Source: Pseudomonadota bacterium
Lineage (GTDB): Bacteria > Myxococcota_A > Polyangia > GCA-2747355
DNA length: 64,000 nt
Assembly: GCA_016702545.1 (NCBI GenBank)
Contig: JADJDT010000005.1
Coordinates: 274,991 to 338,990 of the forward strand
Reading direction: 5' to 3'
This document shows, piece after piece, positions 40,029 to 50,068 of the stretch (position 1 is the first letter of the stretch; the number at the start of each line of letters is the position of its first letter). The notes beneath the pieces were generated by a model, which had not been told where the DNA came from, ran no database searches, and was given only the letters and a program-made list of their open reading frames with translations. Both the position numbers and the translations under genes were made by a program.

Positions 40029-40191
40029 CGCAAATCACCCGCCGGGCAGAGCATCCTCGCGGCGGTCCCTAAACCCCGCAGCGCTGGGGACAAGGGACCT
40101 CTGGCGCTGCCCCAGCGCCCGGGTGAGGGCGAGCAGAGATAATCATTGCGATGGCTTAGGGCCGCTTCCAGGGGGCGCTCGGGATGGCCCG

Positions 40192-41376
40192 ATGGTTGCT
40201 TCAGGAGGCGGTACTGAGGTGCCGCGCTTGCCCTTTCCCGTCCGGCCACGTCCGCAGACCCACCCCGCCCTGCTGCCGCTCTGCGCGCTGCTCGGGGCGG
40301 TGGCCTGCGGAGGCCTCGAGGCCGACCCAGTCACCGGCCAGCTCGTCGCGGGGCTGGCCAACGGCAGCCCGGACGTCGCACACCCGGCCGTCGGCCTCGT
40401 CCTCTCCGGTACGTCGGACTGCAAGGACAGTGCGGGGCCTGGGATCGCCATCTGCACCGGCACGCTCGTGGGCCGACACACCGTGGTCACTGCGGGCCAT
40501 TGCGTCGACGACACCACCGTGCCCTATGCGTTCTGCCCGACCGGTGGCGTGACGCGGACGGTCGCCCGCGTGCTGGCGCATCCGGGCTTTCTCGCGACAC
40601 AGCACCTCGGCTTGGGGCGAAGCGCAGACGACATCGGGCTGTTGGTGTTGCGTGACGATGTGCTCGACCGCCCGGCCGCGGTCGTCGCGGCCCGTGCGCC
40701 GGTCGTTGGCGAGACGGCCACGGTAGTGGGCTGGGGCGTGATGTCGGAGCGCGGAGATGAACCTCAGGGGCAGGCGCGCAGCGGGAGCAAGGCGATTACG
40801 GCGGTGGCGCCCAAGGCCGTCGAAACCGAACCGGTCGGCGCCTCGCCCGCCGTCTGCAGCGGCGACTCCGGTGGACCGCTGCTGGTGCGGCAGGGCGATC
40901 GCGACCTGGTGCTCGGCGTCGTGTCGACCAGCGTGAGCCCGGAAGGGGCGCTCTGCTCGACGGGCACGGAGTACTACACGCGCGCCGACATCTACCGGGA
41001 GTGGATCGCGGCCACGCCCGGCGCCGACCTCCGTCCGCTGGCGGACCCGGTGGGTACGCCGACGCCCTCGGACAACAGCACCTACCGGCTGCTCTTCGAT
41101 GGGCTCGCCGAGCCTCAGCCGGCGACGAACACCGCCGGCCAAATCGCTGGCGTCCTGGAGCCCACGACCACGGCACAGCCCACCACGACGCTGCCCTCGA
41201 ACCTGGTCCCCTCCGGTGGGGAGGAGATCCAGGGCGTCACCTGCGCCACCGCGACCGCGGGGGCCGCGGCACCCCGCGGCGCCGCCGGGGCGCTGCCCTG
41301 GCTCTTGACGCTGCTCGCCCTCGCGCTGCGCGCGAGACGCCGCGACCGCGCGACTGTCGCCTCAGTCCGTCGCTAG
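40192..41376 (+). CDS. trypsin-like (S1) serine protease with MYXO-CTERM-like tail
   Basis: Catalytic motifs are TAGHC, DIGLLVL and CSGDSGGPLLV. The C-terminus GVTCATATAGAAAPRGAAGALPWLLTLLALALRARRRD has the Cys / hydrophobic / Arg-rich tail pattern. Confidence 0.8.
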   Translation: MVASGGGTEVPRLPFPVRPRPQTHPALLPLCALLGAVACGGLEADPVTGQLVAGLANGSPDVAHPAVGLVLSGTSDCKDSAGPGIAICTGTLVGRHTVVTAGHCVDDTTVPYAFCPTGGVTRTVARVLAHPGFLATQHLGLGRSADDIGLLVLRDDVLDRPAAVVAARAPVVGETATVVGWGVMSERGDEPQGQARSGSKAITAVAPKAVETEPVGASPAVCSGDSGGPLLVRQGDRDLVLGVVSTSVSPEGALCSTGTEYYTRADIYREWIAATPGADLRPLADPVGTPTPSDNSTYRLLFDGLAEPQPATNTAGQIAGVLEPTTTAQPTTTLPSNLVPSGGEEIQGVTCATATAGAAAPRGAAGALPWLLTLLALALRARRRDRATVASVRR

Positions 41377-42894
41377 CGGGCTCCTGCTGGGCCGCCGGCC
41401 GATCCGAAGGTCACGGTGCCATCGGGCGCGAGCCAGCCGCGCTGCCGTTGGCTGGTCAGCGTGCCGTCGCATTCGAGATCGGCCTGGGCTTCGATTTCGA
41501 CCCAGGCGCGTGGGCCGCGGCCCCCGCTGGTCAGGCGAAACTGGTAGGGGGTCGGCTCCGTCGGCGCGAAGCCGAGCGCGCGCCAGCTCGGATGGGAGAA
41601 GGTCGCCGACGACACGGCACAGGACTGGGCCTGGCCGGGCACCGTGCAGCAGCCCTTCGCCGGGCTCCAGGGGGTCGTGGCGGGCCAGCGGAAGGCCTTG
41701 CCGCGGTGGGCCCTGCCGGCGTGGTCAAGCCTGCCGGCGTGGCCAAGCATGCCGGCGTGGTAGGCGAGCAGGGCGTCCTGCAGCCGCTTCAGCACCATTC
41801 GACCCTGCTGAACCCGCGCGCGCTGCTGATACTTGGCGAACTGGGGGATCGCAATGGCGGCGCCCACGCCGAGTAGCATCGTCGTGGCGTTGCCACTGGC
41901 CCAGGCCGGCAAGCGCACCTGGACGACGAGGCCATCGCCGTGCTTCTGCGGCTGAATCGCCTGCAGCAGGTCGCGGAGCTGGTGATAGCTGGCGATCGCG
42001 CCGGCAGCCTCGACCAGGCTGGCGGAATCGCGCTTCTGTTGTGCCAGCTGCTCGAGCGCGCCGAGACCCAGCTGCCGCCCCATCGCGAAGAGCGCGAGCA
42101 CCCCATCGAGCCGCGCCGCGGCCGCCGAGAGCCGCAGCACCAACTGCCGTTCCGGGCCGTAACCCAAGGCCATGGCCTCGACGCCGAGTCCGGCCGCCTG
42201 CGGCGCGAGGACGCTCGCTCCCGCCGCCGCCAGCCCGGCAACGAGCTCCACGCCAGGTCCATCCACCTGCCGCAGCCGGGCCGCCAGGCCGCCGCGCGGC
42301 CCCGTGGCCGGCGTCGGCAGGCCGGCCGCCAGGTGGTCGAGGCCCACGCACCGCCGCGAGCTCGCCCAGGAGCACCCCCTGCGGCACGCGAGCGCTCACC
42401 AGCTCAGACCCCGCGGCGGTGATCGCGATTCCGCGTCGGCGCTCCACCACAACCGCACGCGGTGCCGCGGCACCCGCCGTGACCGGCAGCCGCACCAGCA
42501 GCGCCGCCTGTGGCTTCTCGTCGAGCGCCACCAAGAAGCCCACGACGCCGGTCAGGGCCATCAGGTCGGCGCCGAGGCGGGCGCGGAAGAGCGCCGAAAG
42601 GTCCTGCCTCAGCGCCGGCGTCAAGGCGCCACCGAGCAGGGTCGAGACCAACGACTGGCGCACCACGACGGCCGCCAGCACCCCGGGCGGTACCAGGTCG
42701 AGCAGCGCCGCATCGGCGAGCCGCGCCGCGGCGGCGTCCGCACGCGCGACCGCGCCACTGCGGCCGGCCCCGGCCGCGCAGAGGCCGCAGCGGCTCCCCG
42801 GCTTGGTCAACGGCCTCGGCGTACCCGCACAGCCCAGGAGCAGCGCGGACAAGAGGATCGATCCAACCACCACTCCAGGCTTCAGCATCATCAT
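41373..42894 (-). CDS. lipoprotein with embedded pilin-like hydrophobic helix and C-terminal pilin-like domain; frame broken near 42348
   Basis: ATG 42894 gives MMMLKPGVVVGSILLSALLLGC (lipobox), which is the only sensible part of track ORF 41725..44073. The reading continues in track ORF 41373..42347 after a 1-nt shift (...ELAAV / VGLDHLAAGL...). It contains GAAIAIPQFAKYQQRAR, resembling the type IV pilin N-helix. Confidence 0.55.
41713..41766. repeat. 3 x 18-bp imperfect tandem repeat inside the pilin-like gene
   Basis: CTGCCGGCGTGGTCAAGC / CTGCCGGCGTGGCCAAGC / ATGCCGGCGTGGTAGGCG. On the minus strand it encodes YHAGML-GHAGRL-DHAGRA. Confidence 0.85.
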
Positions 42895-42965
42895 CGGGCC
42901 CTCGGCTCTCTGATATCGCAGGTCGGCGATCGGGGAAAGCCAGGCGTAGGCCTCGCCGCCTGGGC

Positions 42966-43487
42966 TCAGCGTCCCGCGGCCGCGCCAGGCCGGGGCGCGG
43001 CGCGCTCCGCGAGGGCCTGCTGCAGCGCCAGACGCCAGGCGGCAAAGCCGGGGTGGGTGAAGACATGGGTCAGGGAGAGGGCCTCCAGCTCGCAGCAGGG
43101 CACGAGCCGTGGGCCCTGCTGGCGCAGGAAGACCACGGCGCGATAGCCCTTGGCTCGCGCCAGCTGGGCCCAGCGCGCTCGCGTCGGCGCAGGAAAGTTG
43201 GCGTAGGTGCTGCGCCACTGTCGCAACCGGTCGCGCGTCGGCAGACACGTACCGCCGGCGCGGTCGAAGAACGGCTCCGCGGAGTCGCCGCGCCAGAGCC
43301 AGTGCTGCGCCTCGACGCGCAGCGCCCGCGCACCCGCGAAGGTCACGCTGACCTCGATCACCGCGCTGCTGCGGGCCAGCAGCTCCTTCACCGTGAGCTG
43401 CTCGCCCGCGTCGACCCGCCCGGCCCCCAGCCATGCCGCCAGCAGCGCCGCACCGAAGCACGCGCCTGGCCGTCTGGTTGCGCTCAT
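42966..43487 (-). CDS. secreted protein, unknown function (candidate immunity partner)
   Basis: ATG 43487 overlaps the upstream TGA by 1 nt (TGATG). Signal peptide MSATRRPGACFGAALLAAWLGAGRVDA. The mature part of ~145 aa has non-junk composition. Confidence 0.5.
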   Translation of the reverse strand: MSATRRPGACFGAALLAAWLGAGRVDAGEQLTVKELLARSSAVIEVSVTFAGARALRVEAQHWLWRGDSAEPFFDRAGGTCLPTRDRLRQWRSTYANFPAPTRARWAQLARAKGYRAVVFLRQQGPRLVPCCELEALSLTHVFTHPGFAAWRLALQQALAERAAPRPGAAAGR

Positions 43488-44290
43488 CACTTGACCTCCG
43501 CGGCCAGCGGCCGCCGCGCGCGCAGCAAGTAGATGCGCGAGCCATCGTAGCGCTTCCAGCACTGGTTGCGTGGATCGTAGGTGGCGCCGTCGAGCAGGTC
43601 GGACCAGTCGCGCTGGTAGGCGCCATCGGCGTGCGCCCCCGCGGCCTGCAGCGTCCCGCGCCGCGGGTCGTGGCCCGTGACGATCTCGGCGTGCGCGGTG
43701 TTGGCTCCGCGACCCGGATAGTCGACGACGATGACGTCACCGGGGCGGAGCTGCTCAGCGGCCGCGATGCGGTCGAAGTACCGGCGCTGATGCGGCAACG
43801 CCTCGGCGGTGACGTAGTGCTGCCCACCGGCCGGCATGCGATAGGTCGGCATCGCCCAGCCGGCCTCGGCCAGCGCGTCGCCGACGAACTGGTTGCACTT
43901 GTTGCGCCCACGGAGCCACTCCAGGCGGGTCTCGTCGGGGCGGCGGTTGTGTGAGAGCGCGGGGTGCGGGCTGGTCGGCGCCCCTTCGACGGCGTAGTCG
44001 GCACTGAGGTGCTCGGCGCGCGCGAGGGCCGCCATCGCGATCGACCAGCCGAAGTCTCCGCCGCCGCCCCCACGGCTCACCCCGCGTGGTGCCGCCGCGG
44101 TCGTCGTGGGTGGGGCGTCGGCCGTCGCCGTCGACGACGGCCAAGCGGTGGAAGCGCGGCGCGTGATGATGAAGGGTTCCACTGGGGCTCCTCCTCGGGG
44201 CTGTCCTGCCAGCCCACGGTGTGGCCCCCTTATCGGCTCGCAGCGCGCCCCGGTTGCGGCTGCTTCGCGGCTGCTTCGCCACTGGCTCAA
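43487..44290 (-). CDS. NlpC/P60- or Tse1-like Cys/His peptidoglycan amidase domain protein
   Basis: NKCNQFVGDALAEAGWAMP and GDVIVVDYPGRGANTAHAEIVTG resemble the Cys and His motifs of papain-fold amidases. There is no signal peptide. The start is uncertain: TTG 44290 overlaps the ClC stop as TTGA, and the internal ATG (MAALARAEHL) is an alternative. Confidence 0.55.
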   Translation of the reverse strand: MSQWRSSREAAATGARCEPIRGPHRGLAGQPRGGAPVEPFIITRRASTAWPSSTATADAPPTTTAAAPRGVSRGGGGGDFGWSIAMAALARAEHLSADYAVEGAPTSPHPALSHNRRPDETRLEWLRGRNKCNQFVGDALAEAGWAMPTYRMPAGGQHYVTAEALPHQRRYFDRIAAAEQLRPGDVIVVDYPGRGANTAHAEIVTGHDPRRGTLQAAGAHADGAYQRDWSDLLDGATYDPRNQCWKRYDGSRIYLLRARRPLAAEVK

Positions 44291-46269
44291 ACCTTCAGGT
44301 CCCGCACGTCGATGTGCGGCAGGCTGACCGAGCTGATCTCGCCCTGCAGAGCGGTATCGCGCGCCTCTTCGGCGCGCAGCGCGGCCTGCAAATACGATTT
44401 GGCCAGCTCGGCCTCGTCGAGGAAGCCGATCACCGTCCGCGCGCGGTCGACCACCGGGATCTCGCGCAGGCCGTTGGCCAGCAGCCGCTCGGTGGCGCGC
44501 CGCAGGTCGTCGTCCTCGTGCACGTAGACGGGCGGCTGCATGATGTCGGCGGCCACGGCCCAGGGCGCGTCGTCGGGCTCGCCCGCCAGCACGCGCAGCG
44601 CATCGAGGCTGATCAGCCCGACCATGCGCTGCGCGTCATCGACCACGGGGAAGACGTCCTGCCAGCTCGACTCGCCCACGCGCCGCAGCATCTCGCCGGC
44701 CCGCGTCCGCGGCTCGAAGCTGACGAAGGGCCGTCCACGCGTCATCAGCTCCTTGACCTGGCTCCCGTGCAGCACCTCGAGCAACAGCGCGTCACGGTGG
44801 ACCGGCGAGTCAGACTGGGTCGGCACCTGAGCCTCGTACAGGGCCGAGCGGCGCAGCGCGATGAAGGCGATGCCCTGCGCCAGCATCAGCGGCACCAGCA
44901 GGTCGTAGTTGCCGGCCAGCTCGCAGACCAGCACCAGCGCGCTGAGCGGGACGTGGGCGATGCCGCCGTAGCACACGCCCATGCCGACCAGCGCAAAGGC
45001 CCCCGGGTCGAGGCGCGGATCGGCCAGCAACAGCCGCGCGGCGCGCCCCACGGCCCCACCGAAGAGCCCCCCGATGCCGAGCGCCGGCGCGAAGTCCCCT
45101 GCGCTGCCACCGGAGCCGATGGTCAGCGCCGCGGCCACGAGCTTGAGCAGCGCGAGCCCGAGCAACAGCTCGACCGCGCCCCAGCCCGGCGGCAACCACG
45201 ACGCACCCGTGATCGCGACCTGCACCGCGCCATAGCCCACGCCGAGCAGGCCTAGTCCCTGCCCTCCGCTCGTGCCGAGGTGGCGCCCGACAGCGACGAT
45301 CAGCGGCGTGCAGAGGGCACCGAGCGCCACCCCACCGACCGCCGGGCGGGCCCACGCGGGCACCGGCAGCGCCGCGAACAGCCGCCGCGAGCGCTGCAGT
45401 GCTGCCACGAAGGCCGCGGCGAGCAGCGCCACGCCGAGCGCCAGCAGCCCATAGAGCGGCAGGTGCGCCAGCACGAGCGGGAAGCGCGCCGCATGGGCGA
45501 AGAGCGTCGACTCGCCGAAGATCGAGATCACCACCGAGTAGCCCACGACACTGGAGAAGATCGCCGGCACCAGCGCCTCGGACTCGAAGCCATCGCGATA
45601 CAAGATCTCGACCGCCAGCAACGCCGCGCCGAGCGGCGTGCGAAAGACCGCCGCCACCCCGGCCGCCACGCCGGCCACCAGCAGCACGCGCCGCTCGCGC
45701 GCGCTGACGCGCAGCAAGCGACCGACGAGCGAGCCCAGCGCCGCGCCGATGTGCATCGTCGGCCCCTCGCGGCCCCCCGCGCCCCCCGTCCCGAGCGTGC
45801 AGAGGGAGGCCAGCAGCTTGACCGCGATCACCCGGCCGCGAATCATCCCGCCCTGGCGGTGAAAGGCATCGATCATCGCGTCGCCGCCACCACCGCGCGT
45901 CTCGGGCGCGAGCCGCGTCAGCAGCCCGCAGGCCAGCCCGCCGAGCGCCGGCAGCACCAGCAGCAGCCACGGGCGAAAGGTCTGCGGTGCCGTCGGGCTG
46001 GCCGCCAGCGCCTCGCCGTGGGCGCGCAGCGGGAGATAGCCGGCGAGATCCTCGAGCAGCAGCCGTTGTACGAGCTCGAGTCCGCCGAAGAACGCCGCGC
46101 CGACCAAGCCCGCCGCCAGCCCCACGAGGCCGGCGCGCAGCAGGGTCCGGCCGACGAAGCGCAGATCTAGCGGGGCCGCCCCGGACAGCAGGGACGGCAA
46201 CAGGCGCCGCCGCCCGGCGGCCCACCAGCCGCGAGCGAGCGCGTAGAGATTCCCGATCGGGGGGACCAT
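44287..46269 (-). CDS. ClC-family chloride channel / H+-Cl- antiporter with C-terminal CBS pair
   Basis: ClC motifs GREGPTMHIGAALG and GSGGSAGDFAPALGIGG, plus many TM segments. The C-terminus is CBS-like (VKELMTRG...FPVVDDAQRMVGLISLD...IPVVDRARTVIGFLDE). Confidence 0.9.
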   Translation of the reverse strand: MVPPIGNLYALARGWWAAGRRRLLPSLLSGAAPLDLRFVGRTLLRAGLVGLAAGLVGAAFFGGLELVQRLLLEDLAGYLPLRAHGEALAASPTAPQTFRPWLLLVLPALGGLACGLLTRLAPETRGGGGDAMIDAFHRQGGMIRGRVIAVKLLASLCTLGTGGAGGREGPTMHIGAALGSLVGRLLRVSARERRVLLVAGVAAGVAAVFRTPLGAALLAVEILYRDGFESEALVPAIFSSVVGYSVVISIFGESTLFAHAARFPLVLAHLPLYGLLALGVALLAAAFVAALQRSRRLFAALPVPAWARPAVGGVALGALCTPLIVAVGRHLGTSGGQGLGLLGVGYGAVQVAITGASWLPPGWGAVELLLGLALLKLVAAALTIGSGGSAGDFAPALGIGGLFGGAVGRAARLLLADPRLDPGAFALVGMGVCYGGIAHVPLSALVLVCELAGNYDLLVPLMLAQGIAFIALRRSALYEAQVPTQSDSPVHRDALLLEVLHGSQVKELMTRGRPFVSFEPRTRAGEMLRRVGESSWQDVFPVVDDAQRMVGLISLDALRVLAGEPDDAPWAVAADIMQPPVYVHEDDDLRRATERLLANGLREIPVVDRARTVIGFLDEAELAKSYLQAALRAEEARDTALQGEISSVSLPHIDVRDLKV

Positions 46270-46347
46270 CGTCGGCCGACGGTACTCGCTTCGAGGGCGC
46301 CGGCGCCAGTTGGCCGCTGGGCTCCGGCCGTGCTCATATGCGCTCCC

Positions 46348-47646
46348 ATGAAGCCGACGATCCCAGTGCGACCGTACGCAGTGCGAGCCGGCGGGTACGA
46401 CCCTTCGTGCGGCGACCGCTCACACGACCGTTGCAGCGCTGGCGCCCCCGGCCGCCCGCGGCAGCGCGCCCGCGCCCGCGGCACCGCTGCGCTGTTGGCG
46501 GCGATCGCCGCGCTGGCGCCGGCCAGCGGGCTCGGCGCGGGAGCAACCGCGGAGCATCGCGCGCTGCTCCAGCGTTGGCCCGACACCTTGCAGCGGCGCC
46601 TGCCGGGCGGGCTCGTGCTCTGGCAATGGCTCGCGCTGCCCGGCCTCGTGCTGGCGGCCTGGGGCGCGGGCTGGCTGCTCAGCCGCCTCAGCCGGCGCCT
46701 GCTCTCGCGCCTCACGCGGCGCACCACCATGCAGTGGGACGACGCGATCGTCGCTCGACTCGGCGGGCCGCTGACCCTGGCCTGGACGCTGATCGTGCTT
46801 CACCTGGCGCTGCCCTGGCTGGAGCTGGCCCCACCGGCTCAGGGGCTCGCCCACCGCATCACCCGCGCCGGGCTCTTCGTCGACTTCTTCTGGGTGCTCG
46901 CGCGCGCGCTCGACGTGGCGGCGGAGGTGGTCGCGTCCTCGCGCTGGGCCCAGGAGCACCCCGCCTCGCGCTCACTGGTGCCGCTGGGCGCCCGCCTCGG
47001 CAAGCTGGCCGTCCTCAGCGTCGCCGTCGTGGCCCTCGTCTCGGCGGTGGGTTACCCGGTAGGCAGCTTGCTCGCAGGGCTCGGCATCGGCGGCTTGGCC
47101 GTGGCTCTCGCTGGCCAGAAGACGATCGAGAACCTCTTCGGCGCGTTCTCGATCGGCGCCGACCAGCCCTTTCGGCAGGGCGACGTGGTCCGCATCGACG
47201 ACGTCGTTGGCACGGTCGAGGCGATCGGCTTGCGCTCGACGAGGATCCGCTCGCTCGACCGCACGCTGATCAGCATCCCCAACGGCAAGCTCGCCGAGAT
47301 GCGGCTCGAGTCGTTCTCGGCGCGCGATCGCCTGCGCCTCGCTTGCACGCTCGGCCTCGTGCATGGCACCACCGCCGCGCAGCTTCGGCAGGTGCTCGCG
47401 GGCCTCGAGGCCGCGCTGTGCGAGCACCCCAAGCTCTGGCCGGAGGGGGTGGTCGTGCGCCTCAAGGAGCTGGGCGAGTCGGCGCTCTGCGTCGAGGTGA
47501 TGGCCTACTTCGCGACGGTCGACTTCGCCGAGTTCCAGCTGATCCGCCAGGAGCTGCTGCTGCGCTTCCTCGAGATCGTGCAGGAGGCCGGCAGCGCGCT
47601 GGCCTTCCCGACCCGCACCGTGCACCTGGTGCAGCCGCGCGCTTGA
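46348..47646 (+). CDS. MscS-family mechanosensitive channel
   Basis: GQKTIENLFGAFSIGADQPFRQGDVVRIDDVVGTVEAIGLRSTRIRSLDRTLISIPN is preceded by TM helices. The start is uncertain (ATG 46348 or GTG 46330). Confidence 0.85.
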   Translation: MKPTIPVRPYAVRAGGYDPSCGDRSHDRCSAGAPGRPRQRARARGTAALLAAIAALAPASGLGAGATAEHRALLQRWPDTLQRRLPGGLVLWQWLALPGLVLAAWGAGWLLSRLSRRLLSRLTRRTTMQWDDAIVARLGGPLTLAWTLIVLHLALPWLELAPPAQGLAHRITRAGLFVDFFWVLARALDVAAEVVASSRWAQEHPASRSLVPLGARLGKLAVLSVAVVALVSAVGYPVGSLLAGLGIGGLAVALAGQKTIENLFGAFSIGADQPFRQGDVVRIDDVVGTVEAIGLRSTRIRSLDRTLISIPNGKLAEMRLESFSARDRLRLACTLGLVHGTTAAQLRQVLAGLEAALCEHPKLWPEGVVVRLKELGESALCVEVMAYFATVDFAEFQLIRQELLLRFLEIVQEAGSALAFPTRTVHLVQPRA

Positions 47647-47658
47647 GCACGCCCGCGG

Positions 47659-48630
47659 CTAGGCTAGGCACGCGACCAGCGCCTCGGTGACCTCCCACAG
47701 GCGCCGCGCCAGCGCGTCATCGCGGCCATAGGGGCTCGGTAGTGCCTCGCGGCAATCCGCGAAGTAGCGGCCGTTGAGGCCCGCTAGCGCCGGATGCACG
47801 GCCACGTAGCACTGCGTCGCCGCGCCCTGCGCCGCGCTCTTGAGCACCAGCGGCGCCGCCAGCGCCAGCACCCCGCGTAGCAGCGGGTTGAGGTGACGGA
47901 CCAGGTTGGTGCGAATCACGCCCGGGTGGAGCGCATGGGCGCTGCGTCGGGGTCGCGCGCTCTGCGCCAGACGCTGCGCCAGCTCGCGCGCAAAAAGCAG
48001 GTTGGCCAGCTTGGACTGGCCATAGGCGACCCACGGACGGTAGTGGCGCGCGCCCGACAGGTCGTCGAACGCAATCCCGCCCCGCGGCGCCCCGTGGTGA
48101 GCACGACTGCTGACCATCACCACCCGCCCATCGTCGGCGAGCTGGTCGAGCAACCCGGTCACGAGCATGAAGTGACCGACGTGGTTGGTGAGGAACTGCA
48201 GCTCGAGCCCGTAGCGCTGTTCCGGCCGCGGCAACGCCATGATGCCCGCGTTGGCGATCAGCGCGTCGATCGGGCGTCCCAGCGCCCGCACGGCCGCGAC
48301 GCAGGTGCGCACCGCTGCCGGCTCGGCCAGCTCGCAGGCCAGCGCGGTGCCCACCAGGGTCGCCGGGCGCGATCCGCCACTGGCCTCGATCAGCGAGGCC
48401 GAGGCCTTGTCCTGCGTCCGCGCCAGCGCGATCACATGGGCCCCGCGGCCGATCAGCGCGCGCAGCGTCTCGAGCCCCAGACCGCTATTGCTGCCCGTCA
48501 GCAGCACCGTCTTGCCCTTCAGATCGAGCCCGGCCACGACCTCGGCGGCCGTCGAACGGGCGCCGAAGACGGCAGCGCTCGACCCCTGCGCGCCCGGCTC
48601 CGCTAGCGACTGCGTCGGCGTCATGGTCAT
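47659..48630 (-). CDS. short-chain dehydrogenase/reductase
   Basis: Cofactor motif TVLLTGSNSGLG and catalytic YGQSK. The start overlaps the upstream stop (ATGA). Confidence 0.85.
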   Translation of the reverse strand: MTMTPTQSLAEPGAQGSSAAVFGARSTAAEVVAGLDLKGKTVLLTGSNSGLGLETLRALIGRGAHVIALARTQDKASASLIEASGGSRPATLVGTALACELAEPAAVRTCVAAVRALGRPIDALIANAGIMALPRPEQRYGLELQFLTNHVGHFMLVTGLLDQLADDGRVVMVSSRAHHGAPRGGIAFDDLSGARHYRPWVAYGQSKLANLLFARELAQRLAQSARPRRSAHALHPGVIRTNLVRHLNPLLRGVLALAAPLVLKSAAQGAATQCYVAVHPALAGLNGRYFADCREALPSPYGRDDALARRLWEVTEALVACLA

Positions 48631-49955
48631 CCTGGTGCCGTCGGCACATGCCCCGGCCGCAGCTCGGGGTGCTCGCGCTCGAGCTGCTGGTAGTAGTCGA
48701 TGATGCGGCGCACGTAGCGCCGCTTCTGCTGATAGCTGCCCGGGAAGAAGCTGCGCTTGAAGCCGTAGATCACGCAGCGCTTGAGCTCGTGCGGCTGCAG
48801 CGCGAGGTGGCGCATGGCGCGCTCGATCTCACGCGAGACCGTGGTGTTGGAGACGGTGCGGTTGTCGGTGCAGATCGTCGTCGAGAGCCGCGCCTCGGTC
48901 ATCAGGCGAAAGGGATGGTGCGCCAGGTTGCGCAGCCGCGGGTTGGTCTGCATGTTCGAGGTCAGACAGATCTCGATCGTGATGCGCCGGTCGGCGATGT
49001 ACTGCGCCAGGTCGCGCACGTACTGCTCACGGTCCTCGATCTCCGGGTCGCTGATCGTCGCGGTGTCCATCAGGAAGGTGCCATGGCCGAGCCGATCGGC
49101 GTGCAGATCGGTGATCGCCTGGAAGATGCTCTCCGGCCCGTAGGCCTCCCCGGCGTGCACCGTCTTCATCAGAAAGTACTTATGGGCGTAGTTGTAGGCC
49201 TCGATGTGATCCTCGGCCGGATAGCCGACCTCGGGCCCCGCCAGGTCGAAGCCCGTGATCGGAATGCGGTACTCCTGGCGGATGCGCACCGCCGCCTGCG
49301 CCAGCTCGAGCGAGGCCAAGGCGAACACGCGACGCGGCTCGGAGAAGCCGTGCACGTTGAGCATGTTGTCGAAGTACTCGCTCTGTCCGCGCCCGAAGTA
49401 GCGCATCGCGCAGACGACGATCGCGTACTCGAAGGGCGGCTCCAGGCCATCGACCACGGCGCGCCGCGCGTTGAACTGCTCCTTGGCGTGCTTCAGGCCG
49501 CGGTTCACGGACTTGAGCACGTTCTCCATGCTCAGGTGCGCGTGCACGTGCAGCTGCGGCGCGAAGCGGACCTCGACGTAGCGCACGCCCTCGGCCTGGT
49601 TGTCGAGCGCGAGCTCATAGGCCGCGCGCTCCAACGCCAGCTCGCTCTGCAGCACGGCTACGGTGTAGCCGAAGCCCTGGAGATACTCCTCCAGGCTCTG
49701 GTACTGATCCTTGAAGACGGTCTGACGCAGGCCCTCGACGCTGTCGGCCGGCAGCTCGATGCGGTATTCGCGGGCCAGCTCGAGCAGCGTCTCGATCCGC
49801 ACCGAGCCATCGAGATGGACGTGGAGGTCGGACTTGGGGAGCTTCTCGATCACCTCGCTTGGGATCACGCTGGCTCCTGTGGCGCGGAGACGATCGCGCT
49901 GCGGCGTCGGGATCGTAGCCGCGCGCTGAGCGCTTGTCACGGTCGCCGCCGACAC
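48627..49955 (-). CDS. adenosine/AMP deaminase-family protein
   Basis: Motifs [19 protein letters not shown] and TTICTDN. It has longer N- and C-terminal extensions than classical Add. Confidence 0.85.
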   Translation of the reverse strand: MSAATVTSAQRAATIPTPQRDRLRATGASVIPSEVIEKLPKSDLHVHLDGSVRIETLLELAREYRIELPADSVEGLRQTVFKDQYQSLEEYLQGFGYTVAVLQSELALERAAYELALDNQAEGVRYVEVRFAPQLHVHAHLSMENVLKSVNRGLKHAKEQFNARRAVVDGLEPPFEYAIVVCAMRYFGRGQSEYFDNMLNVHGFSEPRRVFALASLELAQAAVRIRQEYRIPITGFDLAGPEVGYPAEDHIEAYNYAHKYFLMKTVHAGEAYGPESIFQAITDLHADRLGHGTFLMDTATISDPEIEDREQYVRDLAQYIADRRITIEICLTSNMQTNPRLRNLAHHPFRLMTEARLSTTICTDNRTVSNTTVSREIERAMRHLALQPHELKRCVIYGFKRSFFPGSYQQKRRYVRRIIDYYQQLEREHPELRPGHVPTAPG

Positions 49956-50068
49956 GTCGCCGCCGACCGCCGCGGCGCCGCGGACCGGGGTCCCGCCGGC
50001 GAACTGTCCCGCCGGCGAACTGGCGCCCCACGAGCGGATCGCCGATAATCGGCGGCACTGGGCTCAAG

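Noticed and set aside
41725-44073. 782-aa minus-strand ORF
   Set aside because: It is a chimeric reading. Only the stretch from 42894 down to about 42350 (MMMLKPGVVVGSILLSALLLGC...) is sensible. The rest is Arg/Pro-rich and overlaps the better-supported amidase and secreted-protein frames.
44287-47646. Divergent ClC channel and MscS channel as a dedicated novel osmotic/ion module
   Set aside because: Both are common stand-alone housekeeping channels. The 78-bp shared intergenic region shows no special element. Adjacency alone is insufficient evidence.
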